Both the position numbers and the translations under genes were made by a program. A model generated the notes under the pieces. The model was not told where the DNA came from, searched no databases, and saw nothing but the letters and a program-made list of their open reading frames with translations. A DNA stretch of 62,890 bases, filler included, from Welwitschia mirabilis (Eukaryota): NCBI GenBank assembly GCA_051453625.1. It is 9 parts of one record of this genome, joined end to end, with 100 filler letters (N's around TTAATTAATTAA, not from the genome) between each part and the next. Parts side by side here need not be neighbours in the genome. Positions count along the whole stretch, not along the records: positions 23,100 to 36,104 come from JBOZIK010000001.1; 8 more parts are not named here. One strand, written 5' to 3'. Shown here in pieces: positions 23,296 through 36,204 of this stretch. The stretch's first letter is position 1. Each line of letters starts with the position of its first letter.

Positions 23296-26200
23296 TATTC
23301 ACTACAAAAATAGTATTATTCATTATAGTAAAATGCAAACATCAAATAAACTGAGTGATGACATAGTATCGTTATCTTCGTAGGGATACATATGTGGTAA
23401 GCTTAACAAAAGTAACACAATAATTACAATCTTGCAATGAAAATCAAAAGAAAAATTAAAAATAAAGATTGAGATGAATTTGAATTTGGTTAGCAAAGGA
23501 GGACAATGAACTAATTTCAGAGGTCTAGCTTAAAACATTGAACCCGTAAAATTTTCACTTCGACAATGTCCTAAAATTTCTTAAAACATAAGCTTAATGT
23601 AATCTCATCTAAAAATCACAAGTACCATGTTTATGTGCACTAATAAGAAAAGAATGAACAACTACTTAAATATTCAAATAAGAAATAGTCTTACCTAAAT
23701 ATTACTAGTACCATGTTAATGTGCACTAGTAATGAAAGAATGAACAAGTTATTCTTGTATTGAAAATTAAAAAAATACATTACATCAAAGGACAAAAACA
23801 AAGCAAGTACAAACTCCTCAAGGCTATCCTTAAAGCTAGCTTACTCCTGAAAGGGGAGCTCAAAATGCCATGTTGAGTTAATTCTTTAAGGTTCCATCAA
23901 TTTTCTCTTAATCAAATGTTTTTTTACAAATGAGGGCTTAATGTTCTTTTATAGATGAGAGAATTCTTGGACATGTTTGACATGTAGTGGTTGGTGGGTG
24001 TTACATAAGGAGAGTTATACTTGGGCAGTTACTTAAGAAGGAAGTTACAAATTTTGGCATATAGCCTTAATAGAGGGTTTTTTTTTTTTTTATCTTCTTA
24101 TGAAATAAAGGTGATGACATGTCCTTTGAATGATGATGCATATTTCACTAAATGTCATACCATGTATTCTCCATGTCATTGTTTTTATTGCTATCATATG
24201 TCACTGTGGTGTATTATTTTACACTTCTACCATGTGTCATCAAAGTTAAAAGTTGAATCTAATTTATCATCTGACTAGGCTCATAACTGGAATGTGATGA
24301 ACTTTCCAAAACTATGTAAGAATATAATAATTAAATGATTTTACCCTAAAAAACCAGTGGCGCTATTGACCTAGACAATAGTGCCTATATTTTATGTTAG
24401 AATTCTTTCAATTTATAAAGTGTCTTCTAAAAGGAAGCAATAAAGATGAAAATATTATGAGAAAGTTCATAATTACATGAAACATAATGAAAGGGCAGAA
24501 GATATCATTTTAGGATAAAACAACTAATTTAATATATTTTCCTATGCAAAATTGATCAAATATACTTGCTTGGAATCTTAATTTTTACGTGTAAACACAT
24601 CCCCTAACCACAGTTTTGCTAGTTTCTTAGAAAAAAGTTGATAAAGAAATTATAAACCTGGAAAACTTGTCTAATTAAAATGTTCAAGTATGAAAATGAT
24701 ATAATATTTTTAAAAATTTTTAATTAATTTTTAATAAATAATGCATTAAAATCAAAAAATTTCTAGAAAAATGTATGTTATATCCCCTAACAAAAAGTAG
24801 AATTTATCCTTAAATAGATAGAAACATTTAATACAATTCTTTTAAGAATAAATTAAAGTATATGAAAAGGAAAATTTATGTTACATGGCTTTTTCATAGT
24901 ACAAGCTAGAAAATCACTCTGATGTAAGCACTTTAAAACTTTAGGAAATACTACAATGTTGAAAACTTTAAACTAACATGCAAAACACACTAAAAAATAC
25001 TACAATGCAATACATAAGAAAACAAAAAAAGTGAGATATCCTTAGAAATAATAAGCAATCAATTGCTTTACAAATTAGGATTATTGTGAAGATGAGGAAA
25101 ATGACAACAAAGGTGAAAATGAAATTTGATGATCAGAAATGGATTAAGTTAGCTTCTAAATAATCTTATTATGGATCAAAAGTTTGAAAAGACTATAAAT
25201 GGGATGAATAATATTATAAAAGAGTTTGAATGTAAAATTTAAAGAATCGATAGTGGCAAAAGTAAGGAATAGTAGCAACCCCGGTAGTTTTAGAATTCTA
25301 TAGATGATATTTTATGAAATGATTTATCAGCTAAAATGATAATTTATGGTATTATAGCATAAATTCAATGGTAAATAAATAGAATGGAAATGGAATGAAA
25401 ATTTACACTACATAATGAAAAATCATTACAACTAGAGCTTTTATTTACAATGCATAGAAATGAAAACGAAAACTAATCTAAACACCTATGAATGTAAGAG
25501 AGAAAAATGCCTAGAAAAATGACCACATTATTGAAATTTTTTATGAGCTTTATGTTTATGTGGAGAGATCACAATGTCAAACAAATAAAATATCCTCTAA
25601 GTAACCTGTGAAATTCAAAAAATAGTTAAGCAAATACTTGAGTACATAAGTTGAAAAAATAAATCACATAAGAGTTTCCAAATCTTACCTTTTCTTTTCA
25701 ATTTTACCTTTTCTATAATCACATATATTTCTTGTTTGAAGCATTTAGATCAAATCAGTCATCCAATGGTATGACATCTTCTTCCAATAGAATCAAGCAT
25801 GTTATTTCATGAAGAAGTCGATGCTACATTACCAGTGAGTGTTTATAGCCCTGATGTAGTTGAACATGTCATAAATAGATCATTAGAGCTAGATACTTAC
25901 AAGCATCTATAGCCCCATTGAAGAGGAGAGAGTTTAGTTTCCTTTGATTACTCCTTCCATATTCGTTATTTTTTATGCATGTGAAAGCTGTCATTATCTT
26001 ATCAACCCAACCAAGAAAAATATTATTCCCATAAAATCATTAAGAACATAAAACAACATATGAAGGTAGATTCCACCTTTTTCAACTATATTTTCTAAAT
26101 TTGGAAACATCAAGTGAAACTAATCTTAACAAAATAACTCGAAAATAAGTAAAATATTTTTTGAAAAATTACAAATAAAATTAAATTTTACATAATTCAT

Positions 26201-29200
26201 AATGACAAGGTGATAATTTATTAATGATTTCTTTATTAAAAGCCATCAACCAATGTCACCAAGTCCTTGGAATTTATAGACAAATGGACAAGGAGGATGG
26301 TTTGTGAGTTTTATTAGGTACTGCCACAGTGGAAGGGATGGATGATAATGACTTATTTTGTATTGTGAATGACATTTGAAATTTTTTAAGTAAAAGGGTT
26401 TAAGGCGATGATTGCATAGGTGATAGTGCTTGGGTGGTTTTAAGAAAGAAAGATTATCACATAATAGTGCTTTTAAAGTTTTTTTCTTTTTCCATCCTAA
26501 ATCTAATGTAAAAGGAAAATCTATTCTGAAAAACCTAATCTAAAAGCATAAAATAAAAATAAAAATTTTAAAAGGGATTTTCTAAGGTACTACATGTATG
26601 AAGGCTCAAGATAGTGATGAATGCAAAGGTTATATTATGGATCAAAATTATGTAAAGCGTTCTGAATTGGAAGAGAATTCTTATACATTTTTATACATAA
26701 ATCCATAAAATTAGAAAGAAAATTAACATATGCAGTAAAGTTTATACATTCCAAGTAAAAAATACTCCATCCTTTAGCCCTCTTTTTTTTTTTTTTAGGG
26801 TTATTTAACAACTTATGCAATACATCATTTTGAGTGAAAGACAAAAGTATGTTGAAGATCATTGAAGAAGATGAATAATCATTAAAAAAATTTTTAGAAG
26901 ATGTTTTCAAAGCTAATGAAGTTGGTCTTTTTAATTAAAGCTTAAGTATTGCTTAGAAGATAAAGATAAAGGTAAAATAGTTGGCTTAAAAGATTGTTAA
27001 GAAAAGAGTTCTTCATAAGTTGGATTAGTATGGGCTCTTTGCTAATGTTCTCCTCTTCATTAAAGTTAATAAGGGATTCCTTCTAATGTGCTTGTGCAAG
27101 TGATACTAGTTGTAATTTAAAGATAGATTCTTTTTTTAATATTATCCCTCTCATTCATGGCACTTATTGATTCATCCTTAATTATATAACTCTCAAAGTT
27201 GTAGCCTTTCTTATACAGGTGCTCATTTTTCTATTGATTGCTCATTGTATGGTATTTTTAATCCCACTTCAAAGTATAGCCTTCTTATACATAATCTTTT
27301 ACTCTCTAATGCATTTTTAAACTCAAGGTCCTCATGGATTTCATCATTGGTTTCTTCATGAATTTCTTCCTCATTCCTAAAGGTTATAGCTTCAGTATCA
27401 TTAATTTTACCATCCTCATTCCTTTCAAGGTTTTTAAGATTCTTAAGTTCATGGAATGTAAAAAGGTTGTTCTCTTTTTATTGCTTAAGAATACTAGTGA
27501 TTTGAGTAGTGGTTTGGTTACATATTAAAGAATTCACTTAATAGTTTTCATGGTTTACTTCTCAGATCTCATGATCCCTTCAAAACCTTCCCTTAGAGAA
27601 TGTATAGGTAATTAAGATAAAGACATGATGGGATGGAGTTGGGTAAAACTTTATAAGAAATTTTATAAGATATATTCTAAGGATTTTAAAGAGGGTTGTC
27701 AAGAGTAAGGAATTGAAGGGTATTAGTTAAATGATGAAGAATATGAAAAGAAATATGAAGACAAGGTTTGTGAGGGCAGTGGAAGGCATAAAATCAAACT
27801 CTCTTTGTTCAAAATAAGGATTTCCAAACTCAGGATTATAAATAGGTTGATCTATATATGAAGAATGTTTTAGGATTTAAATATATTCTTCCAAGGCTTT
27901 CCTAGTATTAGAAGTATTTCTAGGTTTTAAATAGTATGGGTTGTATTAAAGGTAATTTCCTAAAGGTCAAATATAATCTTCTATAGTTTGTTTAGGTTGA
28001 ATATGATTTTGAAAATTATAGGGATTTTCATAGTTCCCATAGACAAGTTATAGTTCAGAAGGTATTTCAAATGGATCACATGTCCAATTCATGATAAGCT
28101 TCAGAAAACGATTAGTAAAATTCATCATAAGGTTATGTTTTCTTAACTTTTAAGGTTTTAGAGGAGGTTTGATATCAAAAGGGGTTGAAGAGGTTAAATA
28201 GAGGTTAAGTGCAAAAACTGAGTGGAAAAACTCATGAAAAAACTAGTGACACTAGTTACTATTCATGGCAGTGCAAGTCTTTTTTAGAGAATTACTTCTA
28301 ATAAAGAGCATAGTTAGGTGTAGCTATGCAAGAGTTTCACATTATAGGGAATAAAAAATGAGTAGTGGAAAATGAAATGGCAATGGAATGAAATGAAGTA
28401 AAACATATGGAAAAACCCTAAAGATTTTTTAAAATTTTTATAGAAAAAATAAAACATACTAAACAAGATTCCAACTACTAAAATGAAAAAATTGTAAAAA
28501 TGAGGGGGAAAAAATATGAGTCTTTATATAGTTTCATCATTTCCTTTTTTGATCCTCTTTTGAGCTACAATCTGCAAAAAACTCATTATATCTATAACAA
28601 AAAAGGTCTAATGTAGAAGTGATCTTTAGGTTAGGATGAAAACTACACAAAGCTCAACCAATAAAAAACAAAAAAGAAAAAGAAAGAAAGAAANNNNNNN
28701 NNNNNNNNNNNNNACTAGTTTAAGTATCATTAGAAAAGAACTAGTACCCACAATTAGAAATAAAAGAAATAAACACCAAAAAGAAAAAGAAAAGGACTAG
28801 TTTAGGTTTCACTAGAAAAGGACTAATACAAACCACTAGAAAAATAAAAACTAAAATCAAATAATTGCAAAAAGAAAATTTAATGCACTTTTGAAAAGCT
28901 ATCATGCAAATATCCCTAGCAATATCATTAAATTATGTTCATCATGAAATAGTGTTAATCATTGTAGTAAAATGTGAACATCAAATAAGCTGAGTAGTAA
29001 CCCCGTATCATTCTCTCCCCAAGGATACATATGTAATAAGCTTAATCAAATAAATACAATAATTACAATCTTGCAATGAAAATCAATGAAAAAAACTAGA
29101 AACGAAGATTGAGATGAATTTGAACTTGGTTGGTAAAGGAAGGAAATGAGCTAACTCCAAATCTCTAGTTTGAATCATCTGACCTATAAAACATTCACTT

Positions 29201-30218
29201 CGATAATGTCTTATAAATTCTTGAAATATAAGATCAATGTAGTCTCACATAAAGATTACAAGGACCATGTAAATTTGCACTACTAATAAAAGAATGAACA
29301 ACTACTTAAATATTCAAATAAAAAATAGTTTCACCTAAAGATTACTAATATGATGTTAATATTTACTAGTAATGAAAGAATGCATAACTCATTCTTGTAT
29401 TAAAGACTAAAAAAATAAATTACATTAGAGGATAAAATAAAAACAACTATAGACTCCTCAAAGCTAGCCTTAAATCTGGCTTACTCTTGAAAGGGCAGTT
29501 CAAAATGCCATGTTGACTTAACACTCTAAAGCTTTGCCAAATTTTCACTAGTCAAAATCTTTTTAGAAATAAGGGTTCAACGCTCTTTTATATATGGGGG
29601 GAGGTTTGGACATCTTCAGCATGTAGTGATTTGTGGATGGTTACATAAGGGGGTTATACTAGGTTGGTTACTTAAGAAGAAAGTTATAGATTTTGGCATG
29701 TGGCCTTAATAGAGGATTCCTTTATCTTCTTATAAAAAATAAGTAATGACATGTCCTTCGAATGATGCTGCAACTTCTATAAGACATCATGCCATCTGTT
29801 TTTGATGTCATTGTCCTTGTTACTACCATGTGTCACTACGAAGTATCATTTTGTACTTCTACCATGTGTCCTTGAAGTTAAAGATTGAATCTAATTTATC
29901 ATCTGATTAAGCCCATAAGTGGAATGTTATGAACTTTCTAAAAACATGTAAGAACATAATAATTGAGTTATTTTGCTTTAAAAAATTGATAGCACTAGTG
30001 ACTTGGATGGTGGTGCTCACATTTTTTTGTTAGAATTCTCTCAATTTGTAGAGTATCTTCCAAAAGGTAGCAATGAATTTGAAAATGTCATGGAAAAATT
30101 CATAATTACATAAAACATAATAAAAGAGTAGAAGAGATCATTTTATGATAAACTAACTTTGCCTATACAAAATTAATCAAATATACTTACTTATAATGTT
30201 AATTTTTGCATGTAAAGA
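23296..30218 (-). mobile_element. Complete ~6.9 kb Athila-type LTR element with no recognisable pol (LTR family B)
   Basis: Two homologous ~1.3 kb LTRs (23296-24597 and 28936-30218). PPT CATCCCCTAACC at 24598-24609. Decayed tRNA-Asp-type PBS TCCCTAGCAATATCATTAAA at 28913-28932 (cf. TCCCCGGCAACGGCGCCAAA). Degenerate TSD GATGA/AGTGG. Confidence 0.8.
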
Positions 30219-32169
30219 AGTGGTTTTAAGAAAGAAAGACTATCAAGAAAAAGTTTTTTTTTAATGTTTTTAAATTTTTCCATTCTAAATCTAATATAAG
30301 ACAAAAATTTAATTTAAAGGAAAAATCTAATATAAAAGCACAAAAAGAAATTACACTTTTAGAATAAAAGGATTTTCTAAGATGATGCATGCAGTGCCTC
30401 AAGAGTGACAAGTAAAAATTAAATGATGGATCAAAATTTTGTGAAGAAATTTGTATTGAAAAAGAATCCATGAAAGTTTTAATGCATGAATCCATAAAAT
30501 TAAAAAGAACATTACTATAAGTAAAAAAGTTTATGATTTAAACTAAAAAATAGTCTATCCTTTAGCTTATTTTACTTGTTCAATAACTCATGCAAGACAT
30601 AATTTTGAGGTAAAGAAAAAAGTAAGTTTGAGGACATTGAAGAAGGTAAATGTTCACTAAGAAAATTGTAAATAGATAGTTTCAAGGCTAAAAATGGTTT
30701 CTCTTTTTCATTAAGATTTGGATCTTACTTAGAAGACAGATATAAAGGTAAATAGTTGATTTATGAACTTTTTTAAAAAAATATGAGGATTTCTCATAGG
30801 AGGAATCATGTATGAGCTCCTTACTAATGTTCTTCTCCTTATTTAGATTGCTAGGGAATTCTTCCTTGCATGGTTTCACAAGTGAAAATGGTTGTAATTC
30901 AAATAAAGTTTCTTATTTAATGTTTTCCTTCTCATTAATGTTGCTTATTAATTCATTTTCTATTGTTTAATTCTCAAAGGTATAGCCTTCCTCAAATGGT
31001 TGCTCATCTTCTAAAGATTTTTCATTCCTTAATATGATTAATTATTCACTAAAGTATAGCCTTTGCTTAAATGATTGTTTACTCTCTCATGCGTTTTTAA
31101 CCTTAAAGTTCTTATGGATTTACTCATTGGTTTCTTCTTTACTCCTAAAGGGTATGGCTTGGGTATCATTGATTTCACTATCATCAATTATTTCAAGGTT
31201 TTAAAGAGTCCTATGATTATGTTCATGGAATGTAAGAAGATTTTTTTTCTTCTTCATGGTTGAGTACACTAATAATTTAAGCATTGATTTAGTTTATTTG
31301 TTAAAGAATTTACTCAATATTTTTCATGATTCACTTATAATATTTCATAATTCTTTAATGCTTTATTTCTAGAGAATGTAAAGGGGATTAGGGTGAAGGC
31401 ATGTTGAAACAAATTTGGACAATATTTTCTAAGAAACTTTGTAGGGTATTTTTCTAAGAATTTCAAAGAGGATTGTTGAGTGTAGAAAGATGGAGAATAT
31501 TAGTCAAATAATTAAGAACATAAAAAGGAATATGAAGGGTAAGGATTAGAGAGTAAAGGGTTTTAATAAGATGATGAAGAATAAGGGTCATAAGGGGAAA
31601 ATGAAAGATATAAGATCAAACTCTTTTTGTTAAAATGGAGTATTTTCAAACTCAAGGTTATAAACAGTTGATCTAAAGTAGAGTAGATTTTAAGTTTGAA
31701 GATAGTTTGTGGACCTTTGGTCTAGTGGTAAAGACATCTGCCTGTGAGGCAACAAGTTCCAAGTTTGATTCCCATGTTGGGAGCTTAGGTTGCGGAGTGC
31801 CAAGAAAAAATCAAAAAAAAAAGAGGAAATAAAAAGTAAAAAAGAAAAATGTGGCAGTAACCTTGGGGGGTGCTACAGTCACAATGAGTTAAGTCTCCAC
31901 CTTAACAAGCCCCCTCCCCCCCCACCACCACAAAGTTTTAAAGATAATCTCTAAAGATTTGCTAAGTATCATAAGGATCTCAGGGTTTAAAATTCTATAG
32001 GTTGTATTTGCATTAAAGGTAGTCCTCTAAAGTTTCATTAAGTTAAATATGATCTCTTATAGTCTATTTTGGTTAAACATAATTAGTAAAGTTATAAGGA
32101 TTTTTGTAGTAAATAAGTTTATCTTTAGTATTAAGCTTTTGAGTCAAGAATACATTTTGGTACCATGGG
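30219..32169 (-). mobile_element. Internal region of the host copy of the same family (continues from 23100-23295)
   Basis: Colinear with 26436-28100, for example GGTTTTAAGAAAGAAAGA, ATGGATCAAAATT, AAAGTATAGCCTT and GTTCATGGAATGTAA. Confidence 0.82.
31705..31932 (+). mobile_element. tRNA-derived SINE
   Basis: A box TGGTCTAGTGG (31718-31728) and B box AGTTTGATTCC (31762-31772). Flanked by AAGTTTGAAGATA / AAGTTTTAAAGATA (TSD). Absent from the paralogous site near 27870. Confidence 0.78.
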
Positions 32170-32380
32170 TGTTGAGATGCCAACTTAACCTATTTANNNN
32201 NNNNNNNNNNNNNNNNNNNNNNNNNNNNNNNNNNNNNNNNNNNNNNNNNNNNNNNNNNNNNNNNNNNNNNNNNNNNNNNNNNNNNNNNNNNNNNNNCTAG
32301 CGTGTTGTATTTTGCATCTTAATTATAATTAACAGGATTGAATTTGAACGTGAACTATTGCACAAATACACATTGCAATA
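32170..32380 (+). repeat. LTR family A termini on either side of a gap
   Basis: TGTTGAGATGCCAACTTA start at 32170 and ...TTGCACAAATACACATTGCAATA end at 32380, matching the LTR ends at 45693, 46947, 50642, 51480 and 59004. Confidence 0.6.
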
Positions 32381-32399
32381 CTCCAAGAATTCCACTATG

Positions 32400-33080
32400 T
32401 TTTTAACCAAAGATCTCTTTTCAATAAGGGTTCAAGGACCTTTCATATGTGAGGGAAGGATTAGGAACCTTTGGATTATAGTAATTTATGGTAATTACAA
32501 TCAGTGGGATTACACTTTGGATGGTTACATCTTAGGAGATTACATTTTTTTTTCATGTATCTTTAAGAATAATTATTTATTTTCTTGTGAAAGTAGTAAT
32601 AATACAACCTTTGAATGATGATACAATTTCCATCGAATGCTATCACCATATGTCTCCCATATCATCATGCTCATCCTTGCCACATGTTACTATCACATAT
32701 TACTTTCTACCTCCACCATATGTCCTTGAAGTTGATAGTTATTTCTAATTTAAGATTTAACTAAGCTGACAAGTGGAATTTGATTAACTTTTTTGGACAA
32801 ATTTAAAACAAAGCTATTGCACTAATTCTCTCCAAATGGCCAATATTACTAGTGATCTAGATGATGACGCTAATGTTTTCTACTAGAAGTTCTTCAATTT
32901 TTAACATTTTCTTTAGGAAGTAGCAATTAACTTGAAATTATCATGGAAAAGTTCATAATTTTGTAAAACATGCTAATAAATGTAGAATACATAATTTTAT
33001 GATAAAATAACTATTTAGAGTCTTTGCCTATGCTAAATTGGTCAAATAAACTTTATTTCAATGTCAATTGCATGGAAACA
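32400..33080 (-). repeat. Partial LTR family B copy
   Basis: Colinear with the right half of 23296-24597 (TCCTTGAAGTT, AAGTGGAAT, ATGGAAAAGTTCATAATT). Ends ...CATGGAAACA. Confidence 0.7.
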
Positions 33081-33719
33081 TTAAGTACAAATACAACAAA
33101 GAAAAATGAGTAATCTTAAAATAAAAGAGAATAAATATGAGAAAAATACAATTTTCTCAGTAGGGAGAAGGAGAGATGAGATGAAAAAGTCATTTCTACC
33201 TTCTTCTTCTTCATAATGCATTAATGGGAATAATACTTCTTCTAAGAATGGGAAACCTTTATATCCCAAAGAAAAGAATTTGAACCTTTAATAATGATAG
33301 CCCATTGCTATTTCTTATTTTCTGATATGTTGTTTTAATTTTCTTACTTACTCATGTTCTTTTGGTTTCCAATATATTTAGTAGCTTATCATTTTAACTC
33401 CTTATATCCTTTTTGATTCTTTTAATATAAATATTATAATGGATTAGGGTTTCAGTTCTTTATTATATAGGACCTCTCTACCAGGTTTTCCTTAAAGAAT
33501 AACATGAAAAATGATTAGATCCATACCCTTTAAGAACTACTTTATGTTTTCATTTTAATTTAGCATAGAGCGAGTAGGAAAGCAATATGAGGGTGTTCGG
33601 TACTACGAAAGCACACTCGTCATATACTGTACGCACTTAAGTAGGTGTGGTCTTCTGACTCCTAGTGGGCAGTGGGAGGTTTCTAGTCGGCAGAAGAAGG
33701 GGCGAACTACCCCTTATAG

Positions 33720-34375
33720 TAGATATCTTCAATCTTTGTAGACATATTTAAATGTTGTATATGTCTTTAATCTATAGCTATTTTATCATACTTCTTAGTT
33801 TAACTAAGACATCTTTAATTTTGGTAGATGTCTTCATATCCTATAAATGTCTTTGATATGTCTAAATTTATTTAACCCTTAGTATTTTGCTATTAGTTCC
33901 TCATGCTCAACTGAGATGTCTTCATCTTTTATAGATTTCTTTTTTTAGACTCTTCTAAATCAATTAAGACATATTTTCAATTTATATAATTTTGCATGAT
34001 CTATATATATCTTATAAATATATAGATATCTTTGATGTATACTACTTGATTCACTCAATATATCTCTTATTTTCTAAATGTACAGAGGTATAGTTAATCT
34101 CTTTACCTTGTGTAGATGTCTTCATTATAACTCCCTCAAATACATCATACTCACTAAGAAATTACTTTTAAAATTAACTTTGAAAGCTTACTAAATGTCT
34201 TGTAAATGTCTTTATCTCTTATAGATAACTTTAAATGTCATTTATCTTCATAGATTTCACTTGAAAAAATTTTCACTGCATGATTAGTATACATATATGA
34301 CATTAAATTTGGGAAGTTCGACACATTAGAACTAGGTAGGCCAATAATCTTTCCCTTTTGATGATGTTCAAAACC
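33720..34375 (-). repeat. Second Sirevirus-like LTR fragment with AGAYRTCT motifs and PPT
   Basis: Repeated AGATGTCT/AGACATCT variants. Ends CCAATA at 34346, followed by ATCTTTCCCTTTTGATGATG (SIRE-type PPT in reverse). Confidence 0.55.
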
Positions 34376-35399
34376 TAGAAAATTCATTAAAAATATTCGT
34401 TCTTAATTAATCAACAAAAAATTTGCATATTAAAAAATATACTAACATTGTGAAGCCAAAATATAATAATAGAACTAAGTTGAAATTACTAGAGAATACA
34501 ATTTCATAGAGTTCATAAAAAATGTGTAATCATAAAGCTATTGACATTTAAAAGCATAGCATTAACACAAAGATACAACACTTGTGCTTATTAAGTGAAA
34601 GTAGAAAAGATGAAAATATGATAATAATCACTCAAATGGAATAACAATGCAATAACATTTTTAATGTTTTCAAATAATTAGAGCTACTATAAGCATGGAT
34701 AGATGTCTTCAATTAAGTCCCTATTTACCATCTAATATTTACCTTCTTCTCTAACATTTTTCTTCTCCACATTTTTAGATATCATTAAACATAACTCACT
34801 AGTAGAAGCATCAAAGTTAGGTAGTATACTATATGATTAGTTATTCTTATTACTTTTGCTCATGCTATCATAAATTTTAGAAGATGATTCCCAATATATG
34901 CCATGTGATAAATCTATCTTATGAGGAACTAGAGATTAAAGATATTGTATTTTACTTCTTATATAAGTGACCTACGAATGTATCCTAGAGTAAGTTTGTA
35001 GTGTAATAAATGTACCAAATAAGCTAGATGTTGTTTTTTGAGCAAAAGTTAAGGTACCTAATAGTACATTCACTAGTGGCGGAGGAATATATGACAATGA
35101 TCCAATAGGAGGTTTTATGCCTACCTAGGTACCCTTAGTTTAATAAAGGTTTGGCATTTCTATTAAGGTAGATATGATGTATGTAAATACTAGGATCTAT
35201 GCTTTAATATCTAAAATAGTTTATCCTATGATTTTCTTATGCTTTCTCAATATATCTAATGAGGCATTTTCTTGAGATGGAGATAAAAACTGGCTAATAA
35301 CCACTAGAAATGTTGAATTTTTACCTAAAACAGCTTTCTTAATTTCATTAGGATATGGTTTCAACTCAATGAAATGCTTTTATTCTAAGTTTATAATCA

Positions 35400-36104
35400 A
35401 ATCATGCTCAAAATATGAAGATATAACACAAACATTTTAGGTACAGAGGATGTTTCAAGGTTGAAAGATCTACTTTCTATCATTTCAACATGGTTAATTG
35501 CATCATTGTTTAGATGTTGTTTCATTACATCAAAGAGATTAAATTCAGCGATCATGTTTTCAAAGAAATTTTCATGAGTTCCTAGAATTAATCAAAGCAT
35601 TTAAAGTTTTAGAATAAGGTCTACCTAAGATTACAAAAATTATATAACTAATTGTTCTCTTCATTTCTAAAACTACAAAATCCATAAGAAAATAGCAAAT
35701 ATCCACTTAAACTATGATATCCTCTACTACCTATAAAAATAATTTTAAAAAGTTGTTTACTAGTTGCAATTAGAGTTTAGTATTTGCAATTAGAGTTTAG
35801 TATTTTTAAGACCATCTCCCAAATTTAATAAAGGCCTACTTAATGTGTTTTTTTCTAATAGTAATTGTTATAGCTAAACATTTTAGATCTTTATACTTCA
35901 GAGGGATTTGATTTTTCATGATAGTATTAGTTTGTTATGCTAGAAATTTCGCACTCATTCTCCTCTTAATCATGCATAGTCCTTAAAAAATTTTTCATAA
36001 TAAAAAACTTACTTAATAGATTACAAGAGATGAATATTAACCTTAAATTGTTTAAAGATATTAAAAGATTCTTAATGTTTTCTTTCTAATTAATCTATTC
36101 TAAA
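35400..36104 (-). pseudogene. Gypsy (Athila-like) gag-protease relic
   Basis: Minus-strand PLKYKDL and VILGRPYSKTLNALIN (cf. PKYKDPG and IILGRPFLATANALI). Confidence 0.65.
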
Positions 36105-36204
36105 NNNNNNNNNNNNNNNNNNNNNNNNNNNNNNNNNNNNNNNNNNNNTTAATTAATTAANNNNNNNNNNNNNNNNNNNNNNNNNNNNNNNNNNNNNNNN
36201 NNNN

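Noticed and set aside
26635..31263. Short Phe/Leu/Ile/Lys-rich ORFs as host genes
   Set aside because: They lie inside retroelement repeats, are not kept open between paralogous copies, and reflect the AT-rich composition.
31711..31780. Functional tRNA gene
   Set aside because: The acceptor and T stems do not pair, the B box is decayed, and it lies within a TSD-flanked insert, so it is a SINE head.
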